Positions 31,321 to 41,513 of a stretch of 64,000 nt of DNA are shown piece after piece. A model generated the notes under the pieces. The model ran no database searches and was not told where the DNA came from. It saw only the letters and a list, made by a program, of their open reading frames with translations. The position numbers and the translations under genes were made by a program. The stretch is from an uncultured Clostridia bacterium (lineage in GTDB: Bacteria; Bacillota; Clostridia; TANB77; CAG-508): the NCBI GenBank assembly GCA_934167175.1, contig CAKPKF010000005.1:681-64680 (forward strand), given 5' to 3'. Positions within the stretch are counted from its first letter, which is position 1. The number at the start of each line of letters is the position of its first letter.

Positions 31321-32550
31321 GTGGAAAGTATTTTGGAAATTGCAAAAAAAATAAAATTAAATGGCGGAGAGTTATATTTAGTTGGAGGAGCAGTTAGAGA
31401 CAAAATACTAAATAGGGAAGTTCATGATGAAGATTATTGTGTAGTTGGTTTGTCTGCAGAAAAATTCAAAGAAATATTTCCAGAAGCAATAGAAAGAGGA
31501 AAAAGTTTTTTTGTATTTGAGTTATACAAAAAAGAATTTGCAATAGCAAGAAAAGAAATAAAAATAGGTGTTGGTCATAAGAAGTTTGAAATAATTGCAA
31601 ATGAAGGTGTAACAATAGAAGAGGATTTAAGTAGAAGAGATATAACAATAAATTCAATTGCACAAAATGTTTTAACAGGAGAAATAATAGATATTTTTAA
31701 TGGAAAAAAGGATTTAAAAAATAAAATAATTAGGGCTACAACAGAAAAATTTAAGGAAGACCCACTTAGAGTTTATAGAGTTGCAAGGTTTGCAAGTCAA
31801 TTAGAATTTGAAGTTGATAAAAATACACTAAATCTAATGAATAAATTAAAAACTGAATTAAAGACACTTCCTAAGGAAAGAGTATTTGAAGAATTAAAAA
31901 AAGCGTTACAAAGTAATAAACCATCAATATTTTTTAAAATATTAAAAGATGCAGAAGTATTAGATGTACATTTTAAAGAAATATACGATTTAATAGGAAG
32001 TTTACAATCAGAAAAGTATCATCCAGAAGGGGATAGTTTTAATCATACAATGATAGTATTGGATAAGGCTTCAGAAGTAACTAAAAAATTAGAAATACGA
32101 TTTGGAGCATTAGTGCATGATTTAGGAAAAGGAACTACACCAAAAGAAATGTATCCAGATCATTCAGGACACGATGAAAGAGGAGTTGAGTTAGTAAATA
32201 AATTAGGGGATAGAACAGGAGTTCCAAAGCTGTGGATAAACTGTGGAAAACTTTCAGCAAAAGAACATATGAATGGTGGAAGATTCGGAAGTATGACACC
32301 AAGTGATAAAGTTAGTTTTATTGAAAGAATATGTAAAACACAATTAGGATTAGAGGGACTAGAAATAATTGTTAATGCTGACAGAGCAAGAGGCAATATA
32401 TATTCTAAAGTAAAATTTGCAGAAATAGGTGAAAAATGTATACAAGAAATAAATGGAGAATATATAAAACAAAAATATGGAAAAGAAGTTGGAGAAAAAT
32501 TTGCCCAAAAATTACATGAAGAAAGAGTAATTTGGATGAAAAAATATTAA
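31321..32550 (+). CDS. cca: CCA-adding enzyme / tRNA nucleotidyltransferase with an HD domain
   Basis: LVGGAVRDKIL, RRDITINS, DPLRVYRVARFA; HD region HPEGDSFNHT...HDLGK. GTG start. Confidence 0.8.
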   Translation: MESILEIAKKIKLNGGELYLVGGAVRDKILNREVHDEDYCVVGLSAEKFKEIFPEAIERGKSFFVFELYKKEFAIARKEIKIGVGHKKFEIIANEGVTIEEDLSRRDITINSIAQNVLTGEIIDIFNGKKDLKNKIIRATTEKFKEDPLRVYRVARFASQLEFEVDKNTLNLMNKLKTELKTLPKERVFEELKKALQSNKPSIFFKILKDAEVLDVHFKEIYDLIGSLQSEKYHPEGDSFNHTMIVLDKASEVTKKLEIRFGALVHDLGKGTTPKEMYPDHSGHDERGVELVNKLGDRTGVPKLWINCGKLSAKEHMNGGRFGSMTPSDKVSFIERICKTQLGLEGLEIIVNADRARGNIYSKVKFAEIGEKCIQEINGEYIKQKYGKEVGEKFAQKLHEERVIWMKKY

Positions 32551-32642
32551 TAAAAAAAAACATAAAAATTGCCAAAATACCTAGAATGAATGGCATTTTT
32601 TTCTTATATATGATATCATATTACAGAGGGAGGAATGTATAA

Positions 32643-33545
32643 ATGAATTATATATGCGTTAAAACGGAAGATAACGTGTATTTAGAGGGCTTAATTTACA
32701 ACGAAAATAAAAAAACAGATAGTATTGTTATCTCGGTGCATGGGATGGCAACTAATTGTATAAAAGATAGGGACAATATAATAGCGGATAAATTGAAAAA
32801 AATAAACATTGATTATTTAGTATTTAATAATAGAGGACATGATTTAGTAAGTTATGCAAAAAGAGAAGTGAATGGAAAAAGAAAAAACATTATATGTGGA
32901 ACAGCATATGAAGAAATATCAGATTGCTATTTTGATATAAAAGCTATGCTTGAACATGTATTAAAAAAAGGATATAAAAATGTATATATATTAGGACATA
33001 GTTTAGGGTGTACAAAGACAATATATACTTATAATAAATTATTAAAAAATAATGAAACAGTAATATTAAATAGTATAAAAGGAATTATATTGCTATCATT
33101 GGTTGATATACCTATGACATTAAAAACATTTTTACAAAACAATTTTAATGATATGACTAATTTTGCAGAAGAGCAAATAAAAAAAGGAAAAACAGAGATG
33201 TTAATGCCCAAAAAAGCATTTATACATCCGATAAGTGTAAAAACATTTTTAAGATATGCTAAAAATTCAGAAGACATAAACTTTGCAAGATTTTCGGAAG
33301 AAAAATATGATTATCCAGAATTAAATAATATAAAAATTCCATTATTTATGAGATGGGGAAATGAAAGAGAATTAATCTTGCAAGAGCCACAACAGTTGTG
33401 CAACACAATAAAAAACAAATTAAATAATAAAAATGTAGATATTGGATATATAGATGGTGCAAATCACAGTTATAGAGGAAAAGAGGTACAATTAGCAGAA
33501 GAAATATTTAATTTTATAAATAAATATACAAAGGAGAAATCGTAA
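32643..33545 (+). CDS. Alpha/beta-fold hydrolase
   Basis: Nucleophile elbow GHSLGC; an HG-type oxyanion region (SVHGMA); a C-terminal His (GANHSY). Confidence 0.6.
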   Translation: MNYICVKTEDNVYLEGLIYNENKKTDSIVISVHGMATNCIKDRDNIIADKLKKINIDYLVFNNRGHDLVSYAKREVNGKRKNIICGTAYEEISDCYFDIKAMLEHVLKKGYKNVYILGHSLGCTKTIYTYNKLLKNNETVILNSIKGIILLSLVDIPMTLKTFLQNNFNDMTNFAEEQIKKGKTEMLMPKKAFIHPISVKTFLRYAKNSEDINFARFSEEKYDYPELNNIKIPLFMRWGNERELILQEPQQLCNTIKNKLNNKNVDIGYIDGANHSYRGKEVQLAEEIFNFINKYTKEKS

Positions 33546-33546
33546 A

Positions 33547-34383
33547 ATGGCTATAATAGAAAAAGAAAAAAATGGGAAAAAAGGTATTTATTTTTTAGGG
33601 TATAGTATATGGAGAATATTTGCTTATTTCATCATATATAGTGTACTGGGATTTTTAATAGAAACATTATATGGAGCAATAACTAAAGGAGTTATTGAGA
33701 GTCGACAAAGTTTTTTATATGGGCCATTTTGTTCAATATATGGACTTGGTGCGGTCATAATGATAGTTTTTTTACAATATTTCAAAAAGAATAATAATAC
33801 ATTGTTTTGGGGAGGTTTCCTAATAGGCTCTATTACAGAGTATTTGGTTAGTTTAATAGGAGAACTTATTTTAAATGTTAAATGGTGGGATTATTCAAAT
33901 ATGCCACTTAATATAGATGGTAGAATTTGTGTATTCTTTTCAATATTCTGGGGGTTATTAGCAATTTATCTTATGACATATATAAATCCAAAAGTAGACA
34001 GACTGATAGAAAAAATTAAAAATAAAATGTCAATGAAAATGTTAAAAAGCGTAACAACAATTGTAACAGTTATATTATTTGTAGATTGTATAATTACAGG
34101 ATATGCTATTAATATGTTTCAACTAAGAATGGTTTATAAAAATAATATAGATGTAAGATTAGAAAGAAGCATAATAGAAAGATTATACAATGACGTATAT
34201 GGTAATAAAAAAAGGTCTGATTTTATTTATAAATATTTTGGAGATAAAAAAATGATAAGAACATTTCCAAATTTAAAAATAGAAGATAGAAATAACAATA
34301 TGGTATATTTTGATAGTTTATTACCAGATATACAGCCATATTATTATAAATTTCAACATGTAATAGGACTTAATAAAAAGTAG
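33547..34383 (+). CDS. Multi-pass membrane protein, paralog of 951..1742 (PF06541/CmpB-like)
   Basis: FIIYSVLGFLIETLYG, GPFCSIYGLGA and WWDYS are shared with 951..1742. Confidence 0.55.
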   Translation: MAIIEKEKNGKKGIYFLGYSIWRIFAYFIIYSVLGFLIETLYGAITKGVIESRQSFLYGPFCSIYGLGAVIMIVFLQYFKKNNNTLFWGGFLIGSITEYLVSLIGELILNVKWWDYSNMPLNIDGRICVFFSIFWGLLAIYLMTYINPKVDRLIEKIKNKMSMKMLKSVTTIVTVILFVDCIITGYAINMFQLRMVYKNNIDVRLERSIIERLYNDVYGNKKRSDFIYKYFGDKKMIRTFPNLKIEDRNNNMVYFDSLLPDIQPYYYKFQHVIGLNKK

Positions 34384-34394
34384 GGGTGAAAAAA

Positions 34395-35591
34395 ATGGAG
34401 CTAAATAAAGAAAATATAAAAAAAATAATATTTATTATATTTGTAACAATATTGATCTTTTTAGGATTCCAAAATTTAAATATTGTAGGAGAAATTCTTT
34501 CTACAATAATAGGATTAATTACACCATTTATTTTGGGATTAGCATTAGCTTTTATTCTAAATATTTTAATGGTGAAATTAGAAAAAATATCATTTACAAA
34601 AACGAAAAAAAATACAGGAAGAAAACAATCACCTAAAAAAGTAAGTAGTTTAAAAAGAACTTTTTCTATAATATTATCTTTTATTGTATTAATATTAATT
34701 ATAACTTTAGTATTAGGAATTGTTATTCCTGAATTTATAAAAACGATAAAAACATTTGCTCAAAATATACCAGAAGTTATTGAAACAGTTCAAAAATATG
34801 GAACAGAGATAGGAGAAAAATATCCAGAAATATTAGAATATACTGATATAGATGAACAATTTAATAAAATTACAACAAATGACAGTGAAACAACTAAAAA
34901 TTTAATAAAAAATGTATGGAATTTTGTACAAAAATATAGTGTAGGAGTTATTGCTTCTTCTACAAAAGCAATAACAACATTAGTAGGTGGAGTGGTAAAT
35001 GCAATAATTGCAATAATTTTTGCAGTGTATTTATTAGCACAAAAAGAAAAACTACAAAATCAATTTAAAAAAATGATGTATGCATACATAAGTAAGGAAA
35101 AATGTGACAAAATAATGGAAGTGTTGAGTGTATCTAATAATATTTTCGCAAATTTTATAACAGGTCAATTTATAGAGGCAATAATATTAGGTGTATTATG
35201 TTTCATAGGAATGTTAATACTAAAAATACCATATGCAGCAACAGTATCTGTATTAATAGCTTTTACTGCATTGATACCAATTGCAGGAGCAATAATGGGA
35301 ATGTTAATAGGCGTATTATTAATTCTTTCAGTAGCCCCTTTTAAAGCTCTGATATTTGTTGTATTTTTCTTGATATTGCAACAAATAGAAGGTAATGTGA
35401 TTTATCCAAGAGTAGTAGGAAATTCTGTAGGATTACCAGGAATATGGGTGCTAGTTGCAATTACTGTAGGTGGAGGATTATTTGGAATAATAGGAATGTT
35501 AGTATTTGTTCCAATAGTTTCAGTAATATATACGCTATTGAGAAAAGATGTTAATATAAAACTAAAAGAAAAAAATATAAATATAGAGTAA
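34395..35591 (+). CDS. AI-2E family transporter (UPF0118/PerM-like)
   Basis: Polytopic protein; QQIEGNVIYPRVVGNSVGLPGIWVLVA signature. ORF track starts at GTG 34386. Confidence 0.8.
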   Translation: MELNKENIKKIIFIIFVTILIFLGFQNLNIVGEILSTIIGLITPFILGLALAFILNILMVKLEKISFTKTKKNTGRKQSPKKVSSLKRTFSIILSFIVLILIITLVLGIVIPEFIKTIKTFAQNIPEVIETVQKYGTEIGEKYPEILEYTDIDEQFNKITTNDSETTKNLIKNVWNFVQKYSVGVIASSTKAITTLVGGVVNAIIAIIFAVYLLAQKEKLQNQFKKMMYAYISKEKCDKIMEVLSVSNNIFANFITGQFIEAIILGVLCFIGMLILKIPYAATVSVLIAFTALIPIAGAIMGMLIGVLLILSVAPFKALIFVVFFLILQQIEGNVIYPRVVGNSVGLPGIWVLVAITVGGGLFGIIGMLVFVPIVSVIYTLLRKDVNIKLKEKNINIE

Positions 35592-35726
35592 AAAGAAAAG
35601 TAATGAAAAAAGACACTAAGCCAGAATATGTTCAGCATAATTGGCAAAAAAGTGTCATTTTTCATTTATATAAAATGTAAACTTTCATATCTCTAATAAT
35701 GAAACATTTTTTATTTTTTCTTAGCA

Positions 35727-35755
35727 TTGATATATAAAAAAAAATGCTATATAAT
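35727..35755 (+). promoter_or_regulatory. Sigma-A-type promoter for the gene starting at 35783
   Basis: TTGATA, 17 nt spacer, TATAAT (35727..35732 and 35750..35755), then RBS aggagg (35771..35776) and the ATG at 35783. Confidence 0.55.
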
Positions 35756-35782
35756 ATAGGAAATGAAAATAGGAGGCAACAA

Positions 35783-36863
35783 ATGAAAAAAATAAAAAGT
35801 GAAAATGGTTCAATAACCGTATTTGTGTTATTAGCAATGTTATTTTTTATTATAATTTTAATGCGGAATATTTGTGTCTAATTCTAATTCAGAACAAGCA
35901 CAAATTAAGGCAATTGCTAGAATAAAAAGCATATATGAAAAAAATGTAGATAATAAAGAAGAAGTATACAAAACAGAAATAGAAAAAAAAGAAAAAAAGC
36001 CTTATGTAAGAAATAGTTTAAAAGTAGGAGATTATATAGAATATGGAGAAAAACTAACTAGTAAAACATTTGAGATAGATACAAGCGAAACTGGATATAG
36101 CGGTGCTCAAAATCAAACATTTCAGAATAATATAGAAGCAGTTTGGAGAGTAATAAATAAAAAGGAAAATGGTGAAGTAGAAATAACGCCAGTAGTAAGT
36201 ACTTTATCAAATGATGGAACAACGGGATTATATTTATCAGGAGAAAAAGGTTTTATAAATGCAGAAAAAATATTAAATAATATTTGCAAAAATTTATATT
36301 CTAGTGAAAAATATGGAACAGCAAGAAGTATAAATGCAGAAGACATAAATAATTTAACAGGATTTAATCCAGAAATGAGTGAATGGGACGGAAAGGAAAG
36401 TTATTTAACAACTACAACATATACAAATGGGACATTTTGGAATCAAAAAAATAATGTGTTTGAAGATGCTTCAAAGGTAGATGGTGGAGTGACAATTCAA
36501 ACTACTAATTATGAATATACAATAGATTCTAATATGCCTTTATATGATTCTTTAGTTAAAGAAACAAAAAATTATACTGGCTCAGAAGATGGTCCGAATT
36601 ATCCTTTGTTTTATTGGCTTGGAACTCGTTCAGTTAATATTAAAAGTGCAGATAATACAGCAGACTATTTAGTGATGAGAGTGGGATATGGAAAAGTTTC
36701 GCAAAATATAATATTTAATTCTAGCACGGTTGGAACAACTCAAGCATATTCATATGCATGTGGTATAAGACCAGTAGTAACTTTAAAAGAAAATATAAAA
36801 GTAGATATAAACGATACAACAAAAGATGGAAAAACAGAACAAACTGCATGGCAATTGGAATAA
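35783..36863 (+). CDS. Secreted/anchored protein with a pilin-like hydrophobic leader; C-terminal domain of unknown function ending in a GIRPVVTLK-type motif; needs a +1 shift at CGG 35864..35866
   Basis: ATG 35783 with promoter and RBS encodes MKKIKSENGSITVFVLLAMLFFIIILM, then CGG. The +1 frame gives -G-IFVSNSNSEQAQ..., continuous with ORF 35874..36863, which by itself has only a GTG start and no RBS. Confidence 0.65.
35864..35866 (+). other. In-frame CGG at a +1 frameshift junction (ATG CGG A)
   Basis: The 0 frame stops at 35879..35881. The +1 codon GGA (35865..35867) is in frame with ORF 35874..36863. Confidence 0.75.
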
Positions 36864-37005
36864 AATATAAAAAATATAATATTATTCAAAAAAAGAAAGA
36901 TTTTTACAGTATATTTGCTTGACATTATTGACTTTTACGCCAATTGAATATAATATATTATAGTACTATGCACAGAGAGTGAGCAGTATACAAGGAGGAA
37001 GAAGT

Positions 37006-37800
37006 ATGGGAGAAGTTATAGTTATAACATCAGGAAAAGGTGGAGTTGGAAAAACTACTACTACTGCAAATCTTGGCTCAGCCTTAGCCTTAGAGGGCAA
37101 GAAAGTAGTTCTTGTAGATACAGATATAGGGCTTCGCAATTTAGATGTTGTTATGGGCTTAGAAAACAGAATAGTATATGACATAGTAGATGTAGTTGAA
37201 GAAAAATGTAAATTAAGACAAGCTCTTATAAAAGACAAGCGTTTTAAAGAACTTTTTTTACTTCCAGCAGCTCAAACAAGAGATAAAAGTGCAGTAAATG
37301 AAGAACAAATGAAAGAATTAACTGCTAGACTTAAAGAAGAGTTTGACTATATAATTATAGATTGTCCAGCAGGAATAGAACAAGGATTCAAAAATGCTAT
37401 AGCAGGTGCAGATCGTGCAATAGTTGTAACAACTGCGGAAATATCTGCAATTAGAGATGCTGACAGAATCATAGGTTTATTAGAAGCTTCTGAAATAAAA
37501 AATCCTGAATTGATTATAAACAGAATCAGACCAAGCATGGTAAAAAAAGGCGAAATGATGGATGTAGAAGATATTGTAGATTTGTTATCTATTGAACTAG
37601 TAGGAGTAGTTCCGGATGATGAATATATTATAACCCAGACAAACAAGGGAGAACCAGTAATATCTAACAAAAAAGCTCCATCTGGAAAATCTTATTTAGA
37701 AACTGCAAAAAGAATTTTAGGAGAAAATATAGAAGTAACAATACCAGGAAGAGAAAAAGGATTTTTAGCGGCGGTTAAAAGATTTTTTGGAATTAAATAG
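37006..37800 (+). CDS. minD: Septum site-determining ATPase MinD
   Basis: Deviant Walker A TSGKGGVGKTT, DCPAG, and a C-terminal amphipathic helix (FLAAVKRFFG). RBS aggagg before the ATG at 37006. Confidence 0.92.
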   Translation: MGEVIVITSGKGGVGKTTTTANLGSALALEGKKVVLVDTDIGLRNLDVVMGLENRIVYDIVDVVEEKCKLRQALIKDKRFKELFLLPAAQTRDKSAVNEEQMKELTARLKEEFDYIIIDCPAGIEQGFKNAIAGADRAIVVTTAEISAIRDADRIIGLLEASEIKNPELIINRIRPSMVKKGEMMDVEDIVDLLSIELVGVVPDDEYIITQTNKGEPVISNKKAPSGKSYLETAKRILGENIEVTIPGREKGFLAAVKRFFGIK

Positions 37801-37827
37801 TAGTAGCAGATAGTGGAGGGATAATAT

Positions 37828-38589
37828 ATGTTTGAAAACATTATGAAATTTTTTAAAAGACTGTTAAAGTCAGAGGAAACAGAAACTAATTCTAAAGAAT
37901 CTGCAAAAGAAAGATTACATTTAGTATTAATGCAGGATAGAGCAAATATATCTGCTGATTTCCTAGACTTAATGAAACAAGAGATAATTGAAGTTATAAA
38001 AAAATACATAGATGTGGATGAAAATGAAATAGATGTAAAACTTACTAATAAGGAAAATGATGACGGAACAAATGGTTCACCAGTGTTGTATGCAAATATT
38101 CCAATAGTAAGTATAAAAAATGAAGTAAGAGCATTAAATAATGAAGATGCGAAAAATAAATCTGAAAAAGCACAAGAGAAAAAAGATTTAGAAGAAGCTA
38201 AAAAAATAGTTAAAAAAGAAGAAAATTCTAAAAAGGAAAAGGTAAAAGCAACTGTAGAAGAAAAAGAAAAGATTGTAGAAGAGGAAAAAAATGATGATGT
38301 AATGGTTAAAGAACCAGAAGAAAAAGAAGATAAAACAACAAAGAAAACTGTAAAAAAGGCTAAAACTACAGCTAAAAAATCAACTACAAAAAAGAAAGTG
38401 GAAGATGAAAAAGAAAAAGTAGCAGATCAAAAAGAGGAAAGTGTAGAAAAAGAAGAAAAACCTAAAGAAACAGAAAAGAAAACACAGGCAAAACCAAAAA
38501 CAACAACTAAGAAAAAAACAACATCAAAAACAACAAAGAAAACGACAACTAAGTCAGCTACAAAAACAACGAAAGATAAAAAAGAATAA
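37828..38589 (+). CDS. minE: Cell division topological specificity factor MinE with a ~150-aa Lys/Glu/Thr-rich C-terminal extension
   Basis: The first ~100 aa match MinE (membrane-targeting N-terminus FFKRLL, then SAKERLHLVLMQDR and a beta-rich core). The rest is low-complexity KKTTTKK/EEKEK sequence in the same frame. Confidence 0.8.
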   Translation: MFENIMKFFKRLLKSEETETNSKESAKERLHLVLMQDRANISADFLDLMKQEIIEVIKKYIDVDENEIDVKLTNKENDDGTNGSPVLYANIPIVSIKNEVRALNNEDAKNKSEKAQEKKDLEEAKKIVKKEENSKKEKVKATVEEKEKIVEEEKNDDVMVKEPEEKEDKTTKKTVKKAKTTAKKSTTKKKVEDEKEKVADQKEESVEKEEKPKETEKKTQAKPKTTTKKKTTSKTTKKTTTKSATKTTKDKKE

Positions 38590-38609
38590 TAATATATAGA
38601 GGTTGGTAA

Positions 38610-39719
38610 ATGAGAAATAGAATATTAAAAAATATCCAATGGGAAATACTTATATGTTGTCTAGTATTATTAGCAATAGGAGGTCTAGCATTATTTTCCG
38701 CTACACATGATACAGATTATGAAGAACTAAAAAAACAAATAACATGGTTAGTAATAAGTATTCCTATAGTAATAATTGTAATAAGTATAGATTATAATTT
38801 TATTGCTAAAGTGTCACCAGTATTTTATGGGATATTTATACTGCTCTTGATAGCAGTATTGTTTACTAAACCAGTAAATGGTGCAAGAAGTTGGTTTGAA
38901 GTTAATAGTATGTTTAAATTTCAACCAGCAGAGTTTGCAAAAATTTTTGTAATAGTATTTCTTTCTTATGTAATTTCTAAAATACAAGAAAGAAACAAGG
39001 AAGAAATTAATAAACCATTAAAATTATTAGGTAGTTTAGCAATTGTTATGATACCAGTTTTATTCATAGTAAAGCAGCCGGATTATGGAACTGCAATTGC
39101 ATTTATGATAGCAACAGCAGCAATATTATTTACAGCAGGAATAGACAAAAAATATATAATAATAACAAGTATAATAGTAATCATAGCATTACCATTAATG
39201 TATAAATTTGTATTACCAGAGCATGCAAAAACGAGAATAAATGTGTTCTTAAATCCAGACCTAGATCCAAGAGGCTCAGGATATAATGTTATTCAATCAA
39301 AATTAGCTATTGGGTCTGGAGAGTTATTTGGAATGGGACTATTAAAAGGAAATCAAACACAGTTAGGTTTTTTGCATCCTAAAACAACAGACTTTATATA
39401 CTCAGTAATAGGAGAAGAAATGGGATTTGTAGTAGCAGGAGCAGTTATAATATTATACGTTATATTAATAACTAAATCCATATATGTAGCTAAAACTGCT
39501 AGAGATGATTTAGGTTCCTATATAGCAATGGGAATTGTAGGAATCTTCTTTTTCCATATGGTAGAAAATATAGGTATGACTATAGGAATATTACCAATAA
39601 CTGGTGTACCTCTTCCTTTTGTAAGCTACGGAGGAAGTTCATTACTTACGAATTTAATATGTATAGGATTATTATTAAATATAAGCGGAAGAAGGCATAA
39701 AGCTATATTCATGAGTTAG
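38610..39719 (+). CDS. rodA: SEDS-family peptidoglycan glycosyltransferase RodA (FtsW/RodA/SpoVE family)
   Basis: FQPAEFAKI, QPDYGTA, GSGYNVIQSKLAIGSG, TDFIYSVIGEE, GVPLPFVSYGGSS. Sits directly after minDE. Confidence 0.85.
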   Translation: MRNRILKNIQWEILICCLVLLAIGGLALFSATHDTDYEELKKQITWLVISIPIVIIVISIDYNFIAKVSPVFYGIFILLLIAVLFTKPVNGARSWFEVNSMFKFQPAEFAKIFVIVFLSYVISKIQERNKEEINKPLKLLGSLAIVMIPVLFIVKQPDYGTAIAFMIATAAILFTAGIDKKYIIITSIIVIIALPLMYKFVLPEHAKTRINVFLNPDLDPRGSGYNVIQSKLAIGSGELFGMGLLKGNQTQLGFLHPKTTDFIYSVIGEEMGFVVAGAVIILYVILITKSIYVAKTARDDLGSYIAMGIVGIFFFHMVENIGMTIGILPITGVPLPFVSYGGSSLLTNLICIGLLLNISGRRHKAIFMS

Positions 39720-39730
39720 GGAGTAATAGA

Positions 39731-40708
39731 ATGTATTTGAATAAACTAAAAATAGGAAATGTTGAATTAGATAACAATGTAATATTAGCACCAATGGCAG
39801 GTATAACAGACCTGCCATTTAGAATTATATGTAAAGAATTTGGGTGTGGGCTAGTTTGTACAGAAATGGCAAGTAGTAAAGCAATTTTTTATAATGATGA
39901 AAAAACAAAAAGAATATTAAACATTGAAGGTGAAAAAAGACCAATTTCAGTTCAAATTTTTGGAAGTGATTTAGAAGCATTAAAATTTACTGCGAAATAT
40001 GTTTCAAATTTTGCAGATATTATAGATATAAATATGGGATGTCCAGCACCAAAAGTTGTAAAAAATGGAGATGGTAGTAAATTACTTACAAACTTAGATT
40101 TGTTAGAAAAGGTAGTAAATGTTGTGGTAAGTAATTCTAAAGTACCTGTAACAGTAAAGATAAGGACTGGGTGGAATGAGGATAATATAGTAGCTGTAGA
40201 AGCAGCAAAAATAATAGAGAAACAAGGAGCTTCTGCAATAACTGTTCATGGTAGAACCAGAGAACAATATTATAGTGGTCAGGTAAATTTAGATATTATA
40301 AAAAGAGTAAAAGAGAGTGTAAATATACCAGTAATAGGAAATGGAGATATTAAATCTGGAAAAGATGCTGCAAAGATGTTTGAATATACAGGAGTAGATG
40401 GTATTATGTGTGGAAGGGCAGCTTTAGGAGCACCATGGATTTTTGAAGAAATAATTGACTACTTAAATGGAAAAGAAGAGAGAAATAATTATCCAAGTAT
40501 AGAAGAAAGATTAAATATTATAAAAAAACATATAGAATTAGAAGTAAAAGAAAAAGGTGAAATAACGGCGATAAGAGAAATGAGAAAACATTTAGCTTGG
40601 TATACTAAGAGTTTGAAAAACTCTAGTAATTTTAGACAAAATATAAATAAATTGGAAACTAAAGAAGAAGTTATAGCTAGTCTAACAGAATACTTTAAAA
40701 CATTATAG
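39731..40708 (+). CDS. dusB: tRNA-dihydrouridine synthase
   Basis: LAPMAGITDLPFR, INMGCPAPKV, TVHGRTREQ. Confidence 0.9.
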   Translation: MYLNKLKIGNVELDNNVILAPMAGITDLPFRIICKEFGCGLVCTEMASSKAIFYNDEKTKRILNIEGEKRPISVQIFGSDLEALKFTAKYVSNFADIIDINMGCPAPKVVKNGDGSKLLTNLDLLEKVVNVVVSNSKVPVTVKIRTGWNEDNIVAVEAAKIIEKQGASAITVHGRTREQYYSGQVNLDIIKRVKESVNIPVIGNGDIKSGKDAAKMFEYTGVDGIMCGRAALGAPWIFEEIIDYLNGKEERNNYPSIEERLNIIKKHIELEVKEKGEITAIREMRKHLAWYTKSLKNSSNFRQNINKLETKEEVIASLTEYFKTL

Positions 40709-40717
40709 AATATAAAT

Positions 40718-40754
40718 AAAAAGAATAGATTATTAAATAATCTATTCTTTTTTT
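40718..40754 (+). terminator. Rho-independent terminator
   Basis: Stem aaaagaatagatt / aatctattctttt followed by a T run. Confidence 0.75.
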
Positions 40755-40835
40755 AACCTAAAAGTAAAAGACTATGTATTAAATATATATAGTGTATGCC
40801 AAATTTCAAAATGCTTATTGATAGGAGTGAAAAAA

Positions 40836-41513
40836 ATGGGAAAAAGAAAAATGTTTATCTTTTTTTTAATATTATTTTTAATGTTTATAATAGTTTTAAT
40901 TTTTTTATTCCAAAAAACTTATAAAAATAATAATTTTGGAAATAATATAAATAATAAAAATTCAGAAGAAATTAAAAATTATATTTTAAGCATTAGTTCT
41001 TATGAAGCACAAATAGAGGTAGAAGTAAAGAGTAATAAAAATCATAATAAATATATCATGAATCAAAAATATGCAGAACCAAATATATATAAACAGGAAA
41101 TCTTAGAACCAAGCAATATAAAAAATTTGATAATAACATATGATGGAAAAAATCTAAAAATAGAAAATTCAAAAATAAACTTAAATGAATTATATGAAAA
41201 TTATAATTGTATTACTGAAAATTTTTTGTATATAACATCATTTGTGGAAAATTATAAAAAAGATAATAATTCAATTTGCATAGAAGAAAATAATCAAATA
41301 ATAATGGAAGCAAATAATAATATAAACAATAAATATGCTACATATAAAAAATTATATATAAATAAAGAAGATGGAAAACCTATCAAAATGGAAATATTAG
41401 ATATTAACAAAAACATAATAGTAAACATAAAATATAATGAGATAAAAATAAATAATGTAAAAAAAGAAGATGTTTTAGCATTTAAGCTATATTTTGAAAA
41501 ATTAGATATATAA
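40836..41513 (+). CDS. Membrane-anchored Asn/Lys/Ile-rich protein of unknown function (possibly a LolA/RseB-like fold)
   Basis: N-terminal TM helix; no diagnostic motifs. RBS aggagtg before the ATG at 40836. Confidence 0.3.
   Translation: MGKRKMFIFFLILFLMFIIVLIFLFQKTYKNNNFGNNINNKNSEEIKNYILSISSYEAQIEVEVKSNKNHNKYIMNQKYAEPNIYKQEILEPSNIKNLIITYDGKNLKIENSKINLNELYENYNCITENFLYITSFVENYKKDNNSICIEENNQIIMEANNNINNKYATYKKLYINKEDGKPIKMEILDINKNIIVNIKYNEIKINNVKKEDVLAFKLYFEKLDI

Noticed and set aside
36979-37005. The upstream start of minD (ORF track 36979, MSSIQGGRS...)
   Set aside because: The consensus RBS aggagg sits inside that extension, 9 nt before the ATG at 37006. That ATG gives the canonical MinD N-terminus MGEVIVITSGKGGVGKT.
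38128-38589. The Lys/Thr-rich tail of MinE as a separate gene
   Set aside because: There is no stop codon, RBS or start codon context between the MinE core and the tail, and the frame is continuous from 37828.
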